This document shows positions 18,280 to 29,038 of a stretch of DNA of 64,000 nucleotides, piece after piece. The notes under the pieces are model-generated. The model saw only the letters and a list, made by a program, of their open reading frames with translations, did no database searches and was not told where the DNA came from. Source of the stretch: an uncultured Gammaproteobacteria bacterium (lineage in GTDB: Bacteria > Patescibacteriota > Patescibacteriia > UBA11705); assembly GCA_964592195.1 (NCBI GenBank), contig CAZQEI010000007.1:5082-69081 (forward strand). The letters run 5' to 3'. Both the position numbers and the translations under genes were made by a program. Numbering within the stretch: the stretch's first letter is position 1; every line of letters begins with the position of its first letter.

Positions 18280-18302
18280 CCTCGCAAATGCGGGGTTTTT
18301 TG
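18280..18302 (+). terminator. rho-independent terminator, same hairpin family
   Basis: CCTCGCAAATGCGGGG followed by TTTTTTG. Confidence 0.7.
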
Positions 18303-18394
18303 TTTGTGAAAGAAAACAATAAAACAACAAAGCAAAAAAGCAATATTAAAACAAAAAACCCTGAATTCTCAGGGTGATTTAATTTTACAAAATA

Positions 18395-19225
18395 TTACTT
18401 TCTCGATTCCGCGTTCCAGGCGTTTACCAGACCAAACTTGGGTCGGTTGATGATCTCGTCGGGCACGCCGAGGTGAGCGGCCAACTGACGGAGGATGATC
18501 TTCCTTCCGGTCGAGTTGGCTCGTTGTGACATGGGAATTCTAACCAATCTATCGAAAGCCGCAAGATAGGGCAACGCTACCGAGACACCAAATTGCTTGG
18601 CATAATAATCAAGCATTGAGAGATGTCGGGTGTAAAGTTCTTCCCAGAATCTTTCAAATACTTCGCGACGAACATCCTCAATATCAGTATCAGGATCAGG
18701 ATGTGTTCCACAAGGAAGCTGATGTTGCCAGTATCCACCGAGAATTTCATCAATCGCATCACCACAAATAACTTGGTCAAAACCTTGCTCCTTCATCGTT
18801 TCAAATAGCACAGAATACATATCAATGGGTTTTTCTTTCATGTTTTTAATCACGACGATATGATTAAAGTCCATTTGATTGAATTCGAACACCTTTGCCA
18901 GAATATTTGCATGGATTAGATCAGGATGATCTTCATGTCCGACAAGTGTAATCGCAGTAAACTTTGCTTCTAATTCCGTAAGTTCTAGAGCTAACACAGA
19001 TGAGTCAACTCCTCCGCTAAAACCTAGAGCGATCGGGCGATTGGTATCAAATGCTTGAATACTGGATAAAAGTGCTTGCTGAAGTAAAAAATCAAGACCT
19101 ATCTTGTTCAGCGGTTTTTCATCTTCCATATTCACAAAGACACTACTAGTTCGAACAATCTTTTCCCAATCACTGGGATGAATGATTCCCGGCATGATGG
19201 TCTCCTGTTTGGGGTTAAAGGACAA
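18395..19225 (-). CDS. stand-alone asparagine-synthetase-like PP-loop (adenine nucleotide alpha-hydrolase) domain protein, no glutaminase domain
   Basis: SGGVDSS PP-loop at about residue 70. CGDAIDEILGGYW resembles the AsnB synthetase-domain motif. 276 aa. Confidence 0.5.
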   Translation of the reverse strand: MSFNPKQETIMPGIIHPSDWEKIVRTSSVFVNMEDEKPLNKIGLDFLLQQALLSSIQAFDTNRPIALGFSGGVDSSVLALELTELEAKFTAITLVGHEDHPDLIHANILAKVFEFNQMDFNHIVVIKNMKEKPIDMYSVLFETMKEQGFDQVICGDAIDEILGGYWQHQLPCGTHPDPDTDIEDVRREVFERFWEELYTRHLSMLDYYAKQFGVSVALPYLAAFDRLVRIPMSQRANSTGRKIILRQLAAHLGVPDEIINRPKFGLVNAWNAESRK

Positions 19226-19270
19226 ACTTGACGTATAACCATATCATGATAAGATAGAAATGTCAATGAT

Positions 19271-19786
19271 TTGACTAACAATATGGACTCAATTTTGTGC
19301 TTATTTCATCATATTTATCACGAAAATGACAAACATGGCGTACACCACGGCCATGAGCATTTTGAGTCTGATTACGAGATTACTCACTGTAAATGTGGTA
19401 AACATAGAATAGACAAAGCTCAGGCTATTGGTCATGATTTTGATGAAAATCAGCACTTAGTGGCTTTTGTTGAATTATGCCCAGAAGGTGGTTGGCATGT
19501 GGAGTCGGGTAAAATTATTTCTATTAATAAACAAGGCAATATCAACTATATTCTAAATTTCTTTCATCATATTCATCACGAAGAAAATGGTCACAAAGTG
19601 CATCATTGTGGTGGTGATCATGTTGGCTTTAATTATCGTATTGAACATTGTCAATGTAATAAACATCAGATTAACCAACCGGAAGCCATTGGTCATGATT
19701 TTGTTGAAAATGAACAACTAGTCACATTTACAGAACCTTGTCCTGAAGGTGGGTGGCATTTAGAGTCTGGAATCATTGATCATTGA
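19271..19786 (+). CDS. His/Cys-rich protein made of two tandem ~80-aa repeats (putative metal-binding)
   Basis: Repeat 1 HHIYHENDKHGVHHGHEHF..HCKCGKH..AIGHDF..CPEGGWHVESG. Repeat 2 HHIHHEENGHKVHHCGGDH..HCQCNKH..AIGHDF..CPEGGWHLESG. Confidence 0.55.
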   Translation: MTNNMDSILCLFHHIYHENDKHGVHHGHEHFESDYEITHCKCGKHRIDKAQAIGHDFDENQHLVAFVELCPEGGWHVESGKIISINKQGNINYILNFFHHIHHEENGHKVHHCGGDHVGFNYRIEHCQCNKHQINQPEAIGHDFVENEQLVTFTEPCPEGGWHLESGIIDH

Positions 19787-19854
19787 ACATTGATCAAGGA
19801 GCATTGACCCAGCTGCTCGCGAGCGGCTGGGTTGATCATTATGAAGAAGGAAAA

Positions 19855-19881
19855 AACTCGTCTTTTTGACGAGTGTTTTTT
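19855..19881 (+). terminator. rho-independent terminator
   Basis: ACTCGTCtttttGACGAGT followed by T6. Confidence 0.6.
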
Positions 19882-19944
19882 ATTAAAAAGTAATGCACAG
19901 TTTCATTTTTTACATAACATGCAACTTTGCTAAAATAGTAGTAT

Positions 19945-20556
19945 ATGAAGCACTTCATTGCAGTGGCGGGAAACATTGGAGCAGGGAAGACAACGTTGGC
20001 GAAAAAGCTGGCTAATCATTTTGGGTTTGAATTGTTTGAAGAGCCATTTGCCATGAATCCTTACTTGGAAAAGTTTTACGCAGATATGAAGACTTGGGCA
20101 TTTCGTTGTGAGTTGTCATTTCTAGGTCATCGTTTACAAAATCATCTTGCGATTGTTCAACGTGAAACATCCGTTATCCAAGATCGTTGCATTTACGAGG
20201 GAGCAGAAGTGTTTGCCAAGAATTTGTATTTGAATAATCATTTGAGTGAACATGACTGGCATACCTTTTGGCATTTGTATGAAAATTTAAAGTTATCATT
20301 ACCTAAACCAGATTTAGTTGTCTATCTAAAATCTTCCAGTCAACGTTGTTTCAATAATTTGCAAGCTAGACAAAGAGATATTGAATTAAATGTCACGCCT
20401 GATTACTTGGCATCATTACACAATTTATATGAACAATGGCGAGCGGAGTTTAATTTGTGTCCGATAGTCGTAGCCGATGCAGATATTTTTGATTTTAAGT
20501 ATGATAGTGAAGCATTTGGTTTATTAGCGGATAAAATAATGGAGTCCTACCAATAA
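19945..20556 (+). CDS. deoxynucleoside kinase (dAK/dGK/dCK family), paralog 1
   Basis: GNIGAGKTT P-loop, DR-x-IYE motif, about 200 aa. Confidence 0.8.
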   Translation: MKHFIAVAGNIGAGKTTLAKKLANHFGFELFEEPFAMNPYLEKFYADMKTWAFRCELSFLGHRLQNHLAIVQRETSVIQDRCIYEGAEVFAKNLYLNNHLSEHDWHTFWHLYENLKLSLPKPDLVVYLKSSSQRCFNNLQARQRDIELNVTPDYLASLHNLYEQWRAEFNLCPIVVADADIFDFKYDSEAFGLLADKIMESYQ

Positions 20557-20655
20557 CGAATCCGCTACGTATCTACGAATCGGAAAAGTATTATTTACAC
20601 ATAGGAGTTTTAATATTCGTAGTTTCGTAGCCAATATGTCATTCGTAGCAAAAAT

Positions 20656-21270
20656 ATGAAACATTTTATCGTTGTATCGGGAAATATAGGCTCAGGCAAA
20701 ACAACGCTAGCGAAAAAGTTGGCGAAACATTTTAATTTTGAAGTTTATCAAGAACCGTTTGAGTTAAATCCGTATTTGGAACAATTTTACAAGGACATGC
20801 GTCAGTGGGCGTTTCATTCTCAAATGGCATTCTTGGCGCATTCGCTCCGTGATCATTTGAATATTTGTAAAAATGAAGTTTCCACCATTCAAGATCGTTC
20901 TTTGTATGAAAATGTGGAAGTGTTCACTCGTAATTTATTTCAATCTCAATATATTAACGAAGAAGATTGGCAGACATTTAGTCATTTATATGAAAATATA
21001 AAAAAGAACTTACCGCCACCGGATTTAATGATCTTTGTAAAAGCTTCACCCGCGCATTGCCATAAAAATGTTATGAAACGTGGTCGGGAAATGGAGAAGA
21101 ATTTGGGATTGTCATATTTAGTAAATTTGGATGAATTGTATAATGCTTGGATTGAATCGTTTTCATTGTGTCCCGTGGTAATGGCTGATGCGGATTTGAA
21201 TGATTTTCGGGATAATGAAGAAAATTTCTCTAATTTAGCTGGCCAAATTGAATCGAGTTTGAATTTGTAG
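20656..21270 (+). CDS. deoxynucleoside kinase, paralog 2
   Basis: GNIGSGKTT and DRSLYE motifs. Roughly half identical to its neighbour. Confidence 0.8.
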   Translation: MKHFIVVSGNIGSGKTTLAKKLAKHFNFEVYQEPFELNPYLEQFYKDMRQWAFHSQMAFLAHSLRDHLNICKNEVSTIQDRSLYENVEVFTRNLFQSQYINEEDWQTFSHLYENIKKNLPPPDLMIFVKASPAHCHKNVMKRGREMEKNLGLSYLVNLDELYNAWIESFSLCPVVMADADLNDFRDNEENFSNLAGQIESSLNL

Positions 21271-21367
21271 ATAGATGAATTATTGACATTTAGATAAAAA
21301 TATGAGACTATCTTGTAACAAACGAACCTATAGAGAGGTTCATTCTTAATATCAATAAACAATCAAT

Positions 21368-22825
21368 ATGGCCGAGGAAGTAATTTTGCGATTTGATAAT
21401 GTCACTTATGAATATGCAGAAAGAAAACCGATTCTTGAAGAAGCGTGTTTTTCAGTTAGAAAAGGCGCAAAGTTAACTTTGATGGGTCAGAACGGAGCGG
21501 GTAAGAGTACTATTTTTAAGTTAATTACTAAAGAAATTAAGCCACTCGAAGGTATTGTTTCGGTTAACAATGAAGTCACTATTGGTACTGCGCAACAGAT
21601 GATTGATAAAAAGGATTTTAATTTAACGGTTGAACAATATTTCTCCAAAGCTTTTAACCCAGTTCCCGGTAACATCAAGAGTCAGATTAGTAAAGTAATG
21701 ACTGCGGTGAATTTAACTTCTCCCACCACGCTCGAAGTGGGTAAATTGTCCGGTGGTCAACAAGCTCGCATTTTGTTAGCTTATGCTTTGATTCAAAACC
21801 CTGATATTTTGTTACTCGATGAACCAACGAACAATCTTGATAAGGCTGGCATTGATTACTTATTGAACTTTTTAATCATGTATGAAAAGACAGTAATAGT
21901 TATTTCACATGATGCGGATTTTTTAAACTGTTTTACTGAAGGTGTTATTTATTTGGATGTATTTACCAAGAAAACAGAAATGTATGTGGGTGACTATTAC
22001 ACCGTGGTGGAAGATATTCAACGAAGAATTGAACGGGAAATCAAGAAGAACGCTCAATTAGAAAAAGAAATTCAAGATAATAAAGATAAAGTAAACTTCT
22101 TTGCTCACAAAGGTGGTAAGATGCGTAAGTTGGCGAGTAAGCTGAAGCAGGAAGTGGAAGAGCTTGAAGAAAATAAAGTTGACGTGCGACGAGAAGACAA
22201 AACGATTCGTGAATTTTCCATACCAGCCCAAGGAATTACCGGCAATGTCGTGACTATTAATCAAGTAAAAGTAATTAAAGATCATGAGCCAGTAGTTAAA
22301 GATGTAAATATTGTTTTACGTCAACGTGATCGTTTATATGTTTCTGGACCGAATGGTATTGGTAAGAGTACTTTGTTGAGAACATTGGTAAGTCCAGAAC
22401 ATGATGGTGCAGTTATTTTAAAAGATACTCGATTGGGTTATTACAGCCAAGACTTTGCCACATTAGATTATGAGAAAACGGTATTTGATACTTTGAAACA
22501 AGCACTTGAATTTGGTGGTAGCACGGATGTGCAAGAAATGCGATCCATTGCCGCCGGCTTCTTGTTAACAGGTGAATTAATGGGACACACTATCGCACAA
22601 TTGTCAGAAGGACAAAAAGGTCTGTTGGCATTCGCATGTTTAGTGTTAAATCGCCCAGGCTTATTAGTCCTTGACGAGCCAACCAATCATATTAATTTCC
22701 GCCATATTCCAGTCATTGCTGAAGCCATTAATAATTACGAAGGCGCGATTATTCTCATTAGCCATATGTCAGACTTTGTGAGTGAGATAAAGTTTGATCA
22801 GAGATTAGATTTAGGTCGTTTATAA
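21368..22825 (+). CDS. ABC-F family ATPase (two ABC domains, no TMD)
   Basis: Walker A GQNGAGKST and GPNGIGKST. Signatures LSGGQQAR and LSEGQKGL. Confidence 0.85.
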   Translation: MAEEVILRFDNVTYEYAERKPILEEACFSVRKGAKLTLMGQNGAGKSTIFKLITKEIKPLEGIVSVNNEVTIGTAQQMIDKKDFNLTVEQYFSKAFNPVPGNIKSQISKVMTAVNLTSPTTLEVGKLSGGQQARILLAYALIQNPDILLLDEPTNNLDKAGIDYLLNFLIMYEKTVIVISHDADFLNCFTEGVIYLDVFTKKTEMYVGDYYTVVEDIQRRIEREIKKNAQLEKEIQDNKDKVNFFAHKGGKMRKLASKLKQEVEELEENKVDVRREDKTIREFSIPAQGITGNVVTINQVKVIKDHEPVVKDVNIVLRQRDRLYVSGPNGIGKSTLLRTLVSPEHDGAVILKDTRLGYYSQDFATLDYEKTVFDTLKQALEFGGSTDVQEMRSIAAGFLLTGELMGHTIAQLSEGQKGLLAFACLVLNRPGLLVLDEPTNHINFRHIPVIAEAINNYEGAIILISHMSDFVSEIKFDQRLDLGRL

Positions 22826-22894
22826 GGCTACAGATGCTACGCCTGCCTGCCGGCAGGCAGGGATAATACACTACTGATGCTACAGATATAAAAA

Positions 22895-22927
22895 AGCTCC
22901 AGGGTTCTGGAGTCTTTTGATTTTTTA
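22895..22927. terminator. bidirectional rho-independent terminator
   Basis: GCTCCAGggttCTGGAGT flanked by A-run and T-run, between convergent genes. Confidence 0.6.
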
Positions 22928-22933
22928 ATATGT

Positions 22934-23287
22934 TTAATTAGGAAATGCCTGAATGGTTTTCATCGTAATTGATTTGTACCCAGTAGTGTGACGAATGAAA
23001 ACAATACTGAGAATAATACCAATTAATGTGGATAGGAGGATAAATAGGATGTTGGCAAAGGCACTGATCTTGATTGATATGATGTCAACCTCAATAATTC
23101 TCATGCAGTGAATTGCGAAAGAACCGCTATACACACTGAATGCTAGCGTGACAATCCACTCGAGGTTTGACTTAGTTGTAGCCGAAGCGTTCTGCTTTTC
23201 CAGTTTTTTTATGCGAAGATAATAGATAATACCATGATACACACAGGTGAAAAGCGAAAGAATGATCATGCTCAATGCAATTTCCAT
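22934..23287 (-). CDS. small integral membrane protein (3-4 TM)
   Basis: Hydrophobic 117-aa ORF. No motif recognised. Confidence 0.4.
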   Translation of the reverse strand: MEIALSMIILSLFTCVYHGIIYYLRIKKLEKQNASATTKSNLEWIVTLAFSVYSGSFAIHCMRIIEVDIISIKISAFANILFILLSTLIGIILSIVFIRHTTGYKSITMKTIQAFPN

Positions 23288-23793
23288 GGTTCCCCCTGGG
23301 GCGGTTTGTTTGTTTAAGAACGAAATAATAAAAAATTATATACTAAAAGAATACATTTGTCAATGATAAAGCAGGTTTTTTGTCTTATTTTCAATAAAAT
23401 GTTGATATTTCTTGGATTTTTCATTATTGTATGATATTATGAAAGCACAAGATTAAAAGCGTTTGACCTTGGTTATCGCCAGGGAACGCCCTTCTTCGCC
23501 TCCTTCTTCGTTAAAACTACGAAGGACAAGAAGGCTACGAAGGGCACGCTGCAGGAAGAATTTAGTAGAACCTGCCGGATTAGCCCGTTATCGCTAGAAT
23601 TAAGTGAAATACCGAGATGGTAACGCCCTTTGGGCTCTTGGACTGTGTCGGTTTTTTTATTTGCGTTGCCCTTATATCCCCGTTTACGGGGTATCGAAAG
23701 AATACCTACATGATTGAGGATTTAATTATAGGGTAAGACTTTTTTACCACCTGAAGGTGGATATAAGTGACTAGCCTTTAATTTAAATAGTTC

Positions 23794-24390
23794 ATGTTTA
23801 TGCCAATCCAACTATACTTCATTCGCCACGGCGAAAGTGAAAAAAACATCTTAAGACTTCATTCTTGCGCACGCGAGAAATATCCATTGACGGAAAATGG
23901 TCGTAAAGCAGTTGAAGCTTATGCGGAAGAATTTAATGAACCGATTGATATTATTCTGTCTTCTCCGTTATTGCGAGCCAAACAAACAGCGGAAATATTT
24001 AATCAAAGGTTAAAAGTTGAAATAGTGTTAGATGAATATTTGGCTGAAGTTGACAGAGGTGCCTGGGATGATATTGACAGAGAAAAATTAATGGCCGAAT
24101 CAGAGGAATATCGCCAATATCGGCAATTACCTCCGGCGGAAAAAATCAAAACCAAAGCCGGTGTTCATGGTGAATCGAGAGAAGATGTGCAAGCGAGAAC
24201 AAGATTGTTTTTAAGAGAGTTAAAGGAGAAATATCCGAATAAAAAAGTGTTTGTCGTCGCGCATGGTTGTACTTATGCCGCGTTAAGAAAATTATTACAC
24301 GGTTGTGAACCAGATGAATACTTTCAACATGAGAATATTGGACACAATGATATACAGAAGTTTGTGATCGAAGATAATTTTAAAATTTAA
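23794..24390 (+). CDS. histidine phosphatase (phosphoglycerate mutase family)
   Basis: RHGESE catalytic motif near the N-terminus and a C-terminal HG motif. Confidence 0.75.
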   Translation: MFMPIQLYFIRHGESEKNILRLHSCAREKYPLTENGRKAVEAYAEEFNEPIDIILSSPLLRAKQTAEIFNQRLKVEIVLDEYLAEVDRGAWDDIDREKLMAESEEYRQYRQLPPAEKIKTKAGVHGESREDVQARTRLFLRELKEKYPNKKVFVVAHGCTYAALRKLLHGCEPDEYFQHENIGHNDIQKFVIEDNFKI

Positions 24391-24563
24391 TTAGATTTAT
24401 TAGTCACTAAAAAACATGTTATTCTCTGTTCTGTAAGACTCTTACTCCTACCTTCCGCCGGAGGCGGACTAGAAGAAAGGTAGATGTAAAAAGAAACGTT
24501 TTTCTTTACATCCCCGTTTACGGGGGAGTGAAAGTTTAATCGTAGTAGGGAAAATAAAAACAT

Positions 24564-27467
24564 ATGTCGCAAGAAAAATCACAATTCGCTCAAAATGAAG
24601 AGGAAACTCTAAAATATTGGGAAGAAAAAAACATTTTTAAAAAAACTTTGGAAAAAGATTCACCCAAAGGCAATTTTGTGTTTTTTGAAGGCCCGCCAAC
24701 TGCCAATGGCCGCCCTGGTATTCACCACGTGTTAGCTCGCGCTTTTAAAGATGTCATTCCGCGTTTTAAAACTATGAAAGGTTTTCATGTGGAACGAAAA
24801 GCCGGCTGGGACACGCATGGATTACCGGTTGAATTACAAGTAGAAAAACAATTGAATATTTCCGGTAAACCGCAGATTGAAGAATATGGCATTGAAAAAT
24901 TTAATGAACAATGTAAAGCCAGTGTGTGGCAATATCAAGAGGAATGGGAACGCTTAACCAAACGCATAGCGTATTGGGTGGATTTGGAACATCCCTATGT
25001 TACTTATCACAATGAATATATTGAATCTTTGTGGTGGATTTTGGCACAAGCGGAAGCGAGAGGCTTATTATACAAAGGTCACAAAGTCGTGCCTCATTGC
25101 CCACGTTGCGGCACAGCTTTGTCATCACATGAAGTGGCGCAAGGTTATCAAACTGTGAAAGATACTTCTGTTTACGTTAAATTCAAAGTTAAAGATCAAG
25201 AAAATACTTACATTTTATCTTGGACCACCACGCCTTGGACTTTACCAGGTAATGTTGCGTTAGCTGTTGGAGAAGATATTGAATATGTGAAAGTAAAAGT
25301 TGGTGATGATATTTTAATTATTGGAAAACCATTGGTGTCTGTGGTTCTGGGGGAAGGCGTTGAAGTATTAGAAACTTTTAACGGAAAAGATTTAGTTGGT
25401 TTGGAATATGAACCATTATTCCCTGGAGCTGTTGATCCTAAAGGTAAAAAAGCCTGGTATGTTACCACTGCAAATTTCGTCACAACTTCCGATGGTACGG
25501 GCGTGGTTCATACCGCTGTTATGTATGGTGAAGATGACTATGCTTTGGGCGTGGAAAAAGATTTACCATTTGTTCATACTGTTGACGAAGCAGGAAAGTT
25601 TTTACCGTCGGTAACTAAATGGGCGGGTAAGTTTGTAAAAAGTAAAACAGTAGAAACTGAAATTATTGAAGATTTGAATAGCCGAGGTTTATTATTGAGA
25701 CCGGAGGAATACGAACATGAATATCCTTTCTGCTGGCGTTGTGATTCACCTTTGTTGTATTACGCCAAGGATTCTTGGTTTATCAAAATGTCAGCTTTGA
25801 AAAATGAATTAGTCAAAAACAATCAAGCAATTAATTGGGTGCCTGATCATATCAAAGAAGGTCGGTTTGGTGAATGGTTGGAAAATATTAAAGATTGGGC
25901 AATTTCTCGACAGAGATATTGGGGTACACCATTACCGATTTGGCAATGCGCGAAATGCGATAAATATCAGGTGGTCGGTAGCTACGCGGAACTGGAAAAA
26001 CTTTCCGGCTCATTACCAAAGAACAAAAATGGGGAAGTGGATGTTCATCGTCCGTTTGTTGACGAATTAAAATGGTCATGCGAATGCGGTGGGGAAATGA
26101 AACGAAGTCTCGATGTTTTTGATTGTTGGTTTGACTCTGGCGCCATGCCGTTTGCGCAACATCATTATCCATTTGAAAATAAAGATTTAGTTGATTCTGG
26201 TGTCCAATATCCGGCTGACTATATTTCAGAAGCAATTGATCAAACTCGAGGTTGGTTCTACACCTTGTTAGCTGTGGCAACTATTCTTGGAAAAGAAGCA
26301 CCATATAAAAATGTTATTTGTTTAGGCCATATTCGAGATAAGAATGGTAAGAAGATGAGTAAATCCAAAGGCAACGTTGTCGATCCTTGGATGATTACCG
26401 ATAAATACGGAGTGGACGCCTTGCGAATGCATTTGTATTCCATGAATCAACCAGGAGAACCAAAGAACTTTGATGAAAAAAACGTAGAAGAAGTTTTGCG
26501 TAAGACGGTAATGTTGCTGGGAAATGTGATTAACTTCTACGAAATGTACAAAGAGGGAGCGACTGATGTAAAAGTTGGTGAAAATGTTTTGGATCAATGG
26601 ATCTTGGCGAAATTAAATCAGTTTGTTAAAGAGTTAACAGAGGATTTAGATGCTTATCATTTGTTTGAAGCATCAAGACGAATCATGACTTTTATCGAAG
26701 AACTTTCCACTTGGTATGTCCGTCGCAGTCGTGATCGTTTTAAAGTTAATGGCCCGGATAAAGATCAAGCGACAGCAATATTGAAATTAGTTTTGGAAAC
26801 TTTGATTCGTGTTTCTGCTCCTTTTATGCCATTTACTGCCGAAAGATTTTATCAAAAAGTTTCCGGTGTTATGGAATCAGTACACTTAGAATCTTGGCCG
26901 TCATTTGATGAATCTTTAATTGATGAAAATGTTTTGGCTAGCATGACTCAAGCGCGGGCAATTGTTGAAACTGGTTTAGCAGCACGCGATGAAGTGGCGA
27001 TCAAAGTCCGTCAGCCTTTAGCTGAGTTATTTTACACTGGGAATGAACTATCATCTGAATATTCTTCAATTATGGCGGATGAATTGAATGTGTTGAAAGT
27101 CACTGCAGTAAAAGAATTACCATTTGCTGAGAATTTAATTCAAAAAGAACAACCAAACTTGAAAGTCGCTTTGGATATTGTCTTAACTCCCGAATTAAAG
27201 TTAGCCGGTCATTTACGTGAGTTGATTCGCAATGTTAACAATCTTCGTAAGAATGCCGGTTTAACTCCGGGCGATAAAGTGAAATTACATTGGGAAACAA
27301 CAGAGCAAGATTTGTTGACCATGTTCGCGGATGAAAAGTTGGTGGATGAATTGAAAGCCAATGTTATTGCCACAGAAGTAACTCAAGGAAAAGTGGAAGT
27401 TGCAGAAAATTTCTCAGTGGATATGAAAGTGAATGGGATGGATTTGTGGGTTGGGTTAGTAAAGTAA
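24564..27467 (+). CDS. ileS: isoleucyl-tRNA synthetase
   Basis: HIGH variant PPTANGRPGIHH, KMSKSKGN, WAISRQRYWGTPLPIW. 967 aa. Confidence 0.95.
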   Translation: MSQEKSQFAQNEEETLKYWEEKNIFKKTLEKDSPKGNFVFFEGPPTANGRPGIHHVLARAFKDVIPRFKTMKGFHVERKAGWDTHGLPVELQVEKQLNISGKPQIEEYGIEKFNEQCKASVWQYQEEWERLTKRIAYWVDLEHPYVTYHNEYIESLWWILAQAEARGLLYKGHKVVPHCPRCGTALSSHEVAQGYQTVKDTSVYVKFKVKDQENTYILSWTTTPWTLPGNVALAVGEDIEYVKVKVGDDILIIGKPLVSVVLGEGVEVLETFNGKDLVGLEYEPLFPGAVDPKGKKAWYVTTANFVTTSDGTGVVHTAVMYGEDDYALGVEKDLPFVHTVDEAGKFLPSVTKWAGKFVKSKTVETEIIEDLNSRGLLLRPEEYEHEYPFCWRCDSPLLYYAKDSWFIKMSALKNELVKNNQAINWVPDHIKEGRFGEWLENIKDWAISRQRYWGTPLPIWQCAKCDKYQVVGSYAELEKLSGSLPKNKNGEVDVHRPFVDELKWSCECGGEMKRSLDVFDCWFDSGAMPFAQHHYPFENKDLVDSGVQYPADYISEAIDQTRGWFYTLLAVATILGKEAPYKNVICLGHIRDKNGKKMSKSKGNVVDPWMITDKYGVDALRMHLYSMNQPGEPKNFDEKNVEEVLRKTVMLLGNVINFYEMYKEGATDVKVGENVLDQWILAKLNQFVKELTEDLDAYHLFEASRRIMTFIEELSTWYVRRSRDRFKVNGPDKDQATAILKLVLETLIRVSAPFMPFTAERFYQKVSGVMESVHLESWPSFDESLIDENVLASMTQARAIVETGLAARDEVAIKVRQPLAELFYTGNELSSEYSSIMADELNVLKVTAVKELPFAENLIQKEQPNLKVALDIVLTPELKLAGHLRELIRNVNNLRKNAGLTPGDKVKLHWETTEQDLLTMFADEKLVDELKANVIATEVTQGKVEVAENFSVDMKVNGMDLWVGLVK

Positions 27468-27560
27468 ATAATAAAGCAAAAAAACAAGAAAGCAATAAAG
27501 CAAATTTGGAATATTCTTTGTGCTTCATGCTTCATGTTCCATGTTACATGCATAATAACT

Positions 27561-28895
27561 ATGTCAAAAACTATAATCGTCGGCGCTGGTCCGGCTGGGA
27601 TGTTTGCTGCGTATGAATTAAAAAAACTTGATCCGCAAATGGAAGTGTTACTACTGGAAATGGGTCATTGTATTGCTGATCGTCAAAAGCAAGATATTAT
27701 GAGCGGTGTGGGAGGTGCCGGTACTTTTTCCGATGGTAAATTGCATTTTACTCCGGTATTAAGCCATGAAAAAACTTTGCATTTATACGAACCAGAAGAA
27801 TATCAGTTGATTCTAAATTACGTTGATGAAATCTATACCAAGTTTGGTGTGGATGCTCCGTATTATCCAAAAAGTATTGAAAAAACTTTGGAGTTAACTG
27901 ATCGCGCCAAGAAAAAGGGGATTAAATTGTTCGTAAGACGCACTCGCCACGTTGGCTCGGATAAATTGCCGCAAGTGATTGCTAATTTTGAAAAATTTAT
28001 TATTGATGCTGGGGTAGTCTTACGTGACAATTCAGAAGTGGTGGATTTTGTGATTGAAAATAACGAAGCCAAAGGTGTAGTTTTGAAAAATGGAGAAACA
28101 TTGTTAGCCGATAAAATCATTTGCGCGCCCGGTCGTATTCGTGCCAAGTGGATGCAAGATATTGCAGAGAAATATGATCTTGGTTATCACTATGACAAGG
28201 TTGAAGTTGGTGTTCGCGTTGAATTTTGGGAAGGAGTAATGCGTGAGTTTTCAGATGAATTGTATGAAACGGTTTTCATGATGAGAACTCCAACTTTTGA
28301 TGATGTAATCAGAACGTTCTGCCCCTGTCCCAAAGGTCATGTGGCAACGGAAACTTACGATGGTTTTGTATGTGTGAACGGACATTCGAATTCTGATCAT
28401 GATTCTGATAATTCAAATTTTGCATTTGTGGCTGAAGTGAAATTAACCGAGCCAGTTGAAAATACGATTGCTTATGCTAAATCAATTGCTCAATTAGCCT
28501 TTACCATTGGTGGAGGTAAACCGATTGTTCAACGTTTGGCAGATTTACGAAAAGGCCGCCGCAGTACTTGGGATAGAATTAAAATGAGTTTTGTAAAACC
28601 AACATTATTAGACGTTACCCCAGGAGATATTTCTATGGCTTTACCTCACAGAATTGTAACCAATATCATTGAAGGTTTAGATCAATTGGAAACAATCATG
28701 CCCGGTATTGCCAGCGGTCATACTTTGCTTTACGCGCCGGAAATTAAGTTACGTTCATCCAAGATTCAAACAGATAAACATTTGGAAACCAAAGTGAAGA
28801 ATTTTTATGTGGCTGGGGACGGCGCAGGTTTGTCGGGGAATATTATCGGCGCCGCGGCGAATGGTATTATCGCAGCGAGGGGAATAGTTGGATAA
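27561..28895 (+). CDS. FAD-dependent oxidoreductase (HI0933/COG2509-like flavoprotein)
   Basis: IIVGAGPAGMFAA dinucleotide-binding motif and GGAGTFSDGKL. Start chosen at ATG 27561. Confidence 0.6.
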   Translation: MSKTIIVGAGPAGMFAAYELKKLDPQMEVLLLEMGHCIADRQKQDIMSGVGGAGTFSDGKLHFTPVLSHEKTLHLYEPEEYQLILNYVDEIYTKFGVDAPYYPKSIEKTLELTDRAKKKGIKLFVRRTRHVGSDKLPQVIANFEKFIIDAGVVLRDNSEVVDFVIENNEAKGVVLKNGETLLADKIICAPGRIRAKWMQDIAEKYDLGYHYDKVEVGVRVEFWEGVMREFSDELYETVFMMRTPTFDDVIRTFCPCPKGHVATETYDGFVCVNGHSNSDHDSDNSNFAFVAEVKLTEPVENTIAYAKSIAQLAFTIGGGKPIVQRLADLRKGRRSTWDRIKMSFVKPTLLDVTPGDISMALPHRIVTNIIEGLDQLETIMPGIASGHTLLYAPEIKLRSSKIQTDKHLETKVKNFYVAGDGAGLSGNIIGAAANGIIAARGIVG

Positions 28896-29038
28896 ATATA
28901 CCCTTACATCCACCTTTAGGTGGGAGTGAGAATTTTCCCTAAAGTGAAGTTATATTAAATCGACCTTCATATTGCGTAAAGACTTTTACTCCCACCTAAA
29001 GGTGGATGTAATAGATTAACAAATTAAAAAATTTTAAA

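Noticed and set aside
23440-23790. Possible RNase P, SRP or tmRNA-like structured RNA upstream of the histidine phosphatase gene
   Set aside because: None of the universally conserved motifs of those RNAs are visible. The region contains the generic CTACGAAGG and CCACC-loop-GGTGG repeat families instead.
24400-24563. T-box leader upstream of ileS
   Set aside because: No AGGGUGGNACCGCG T-box core and no specifier-loop architecture. Only a small CCCCGTTTACGGGG hairpin is present.
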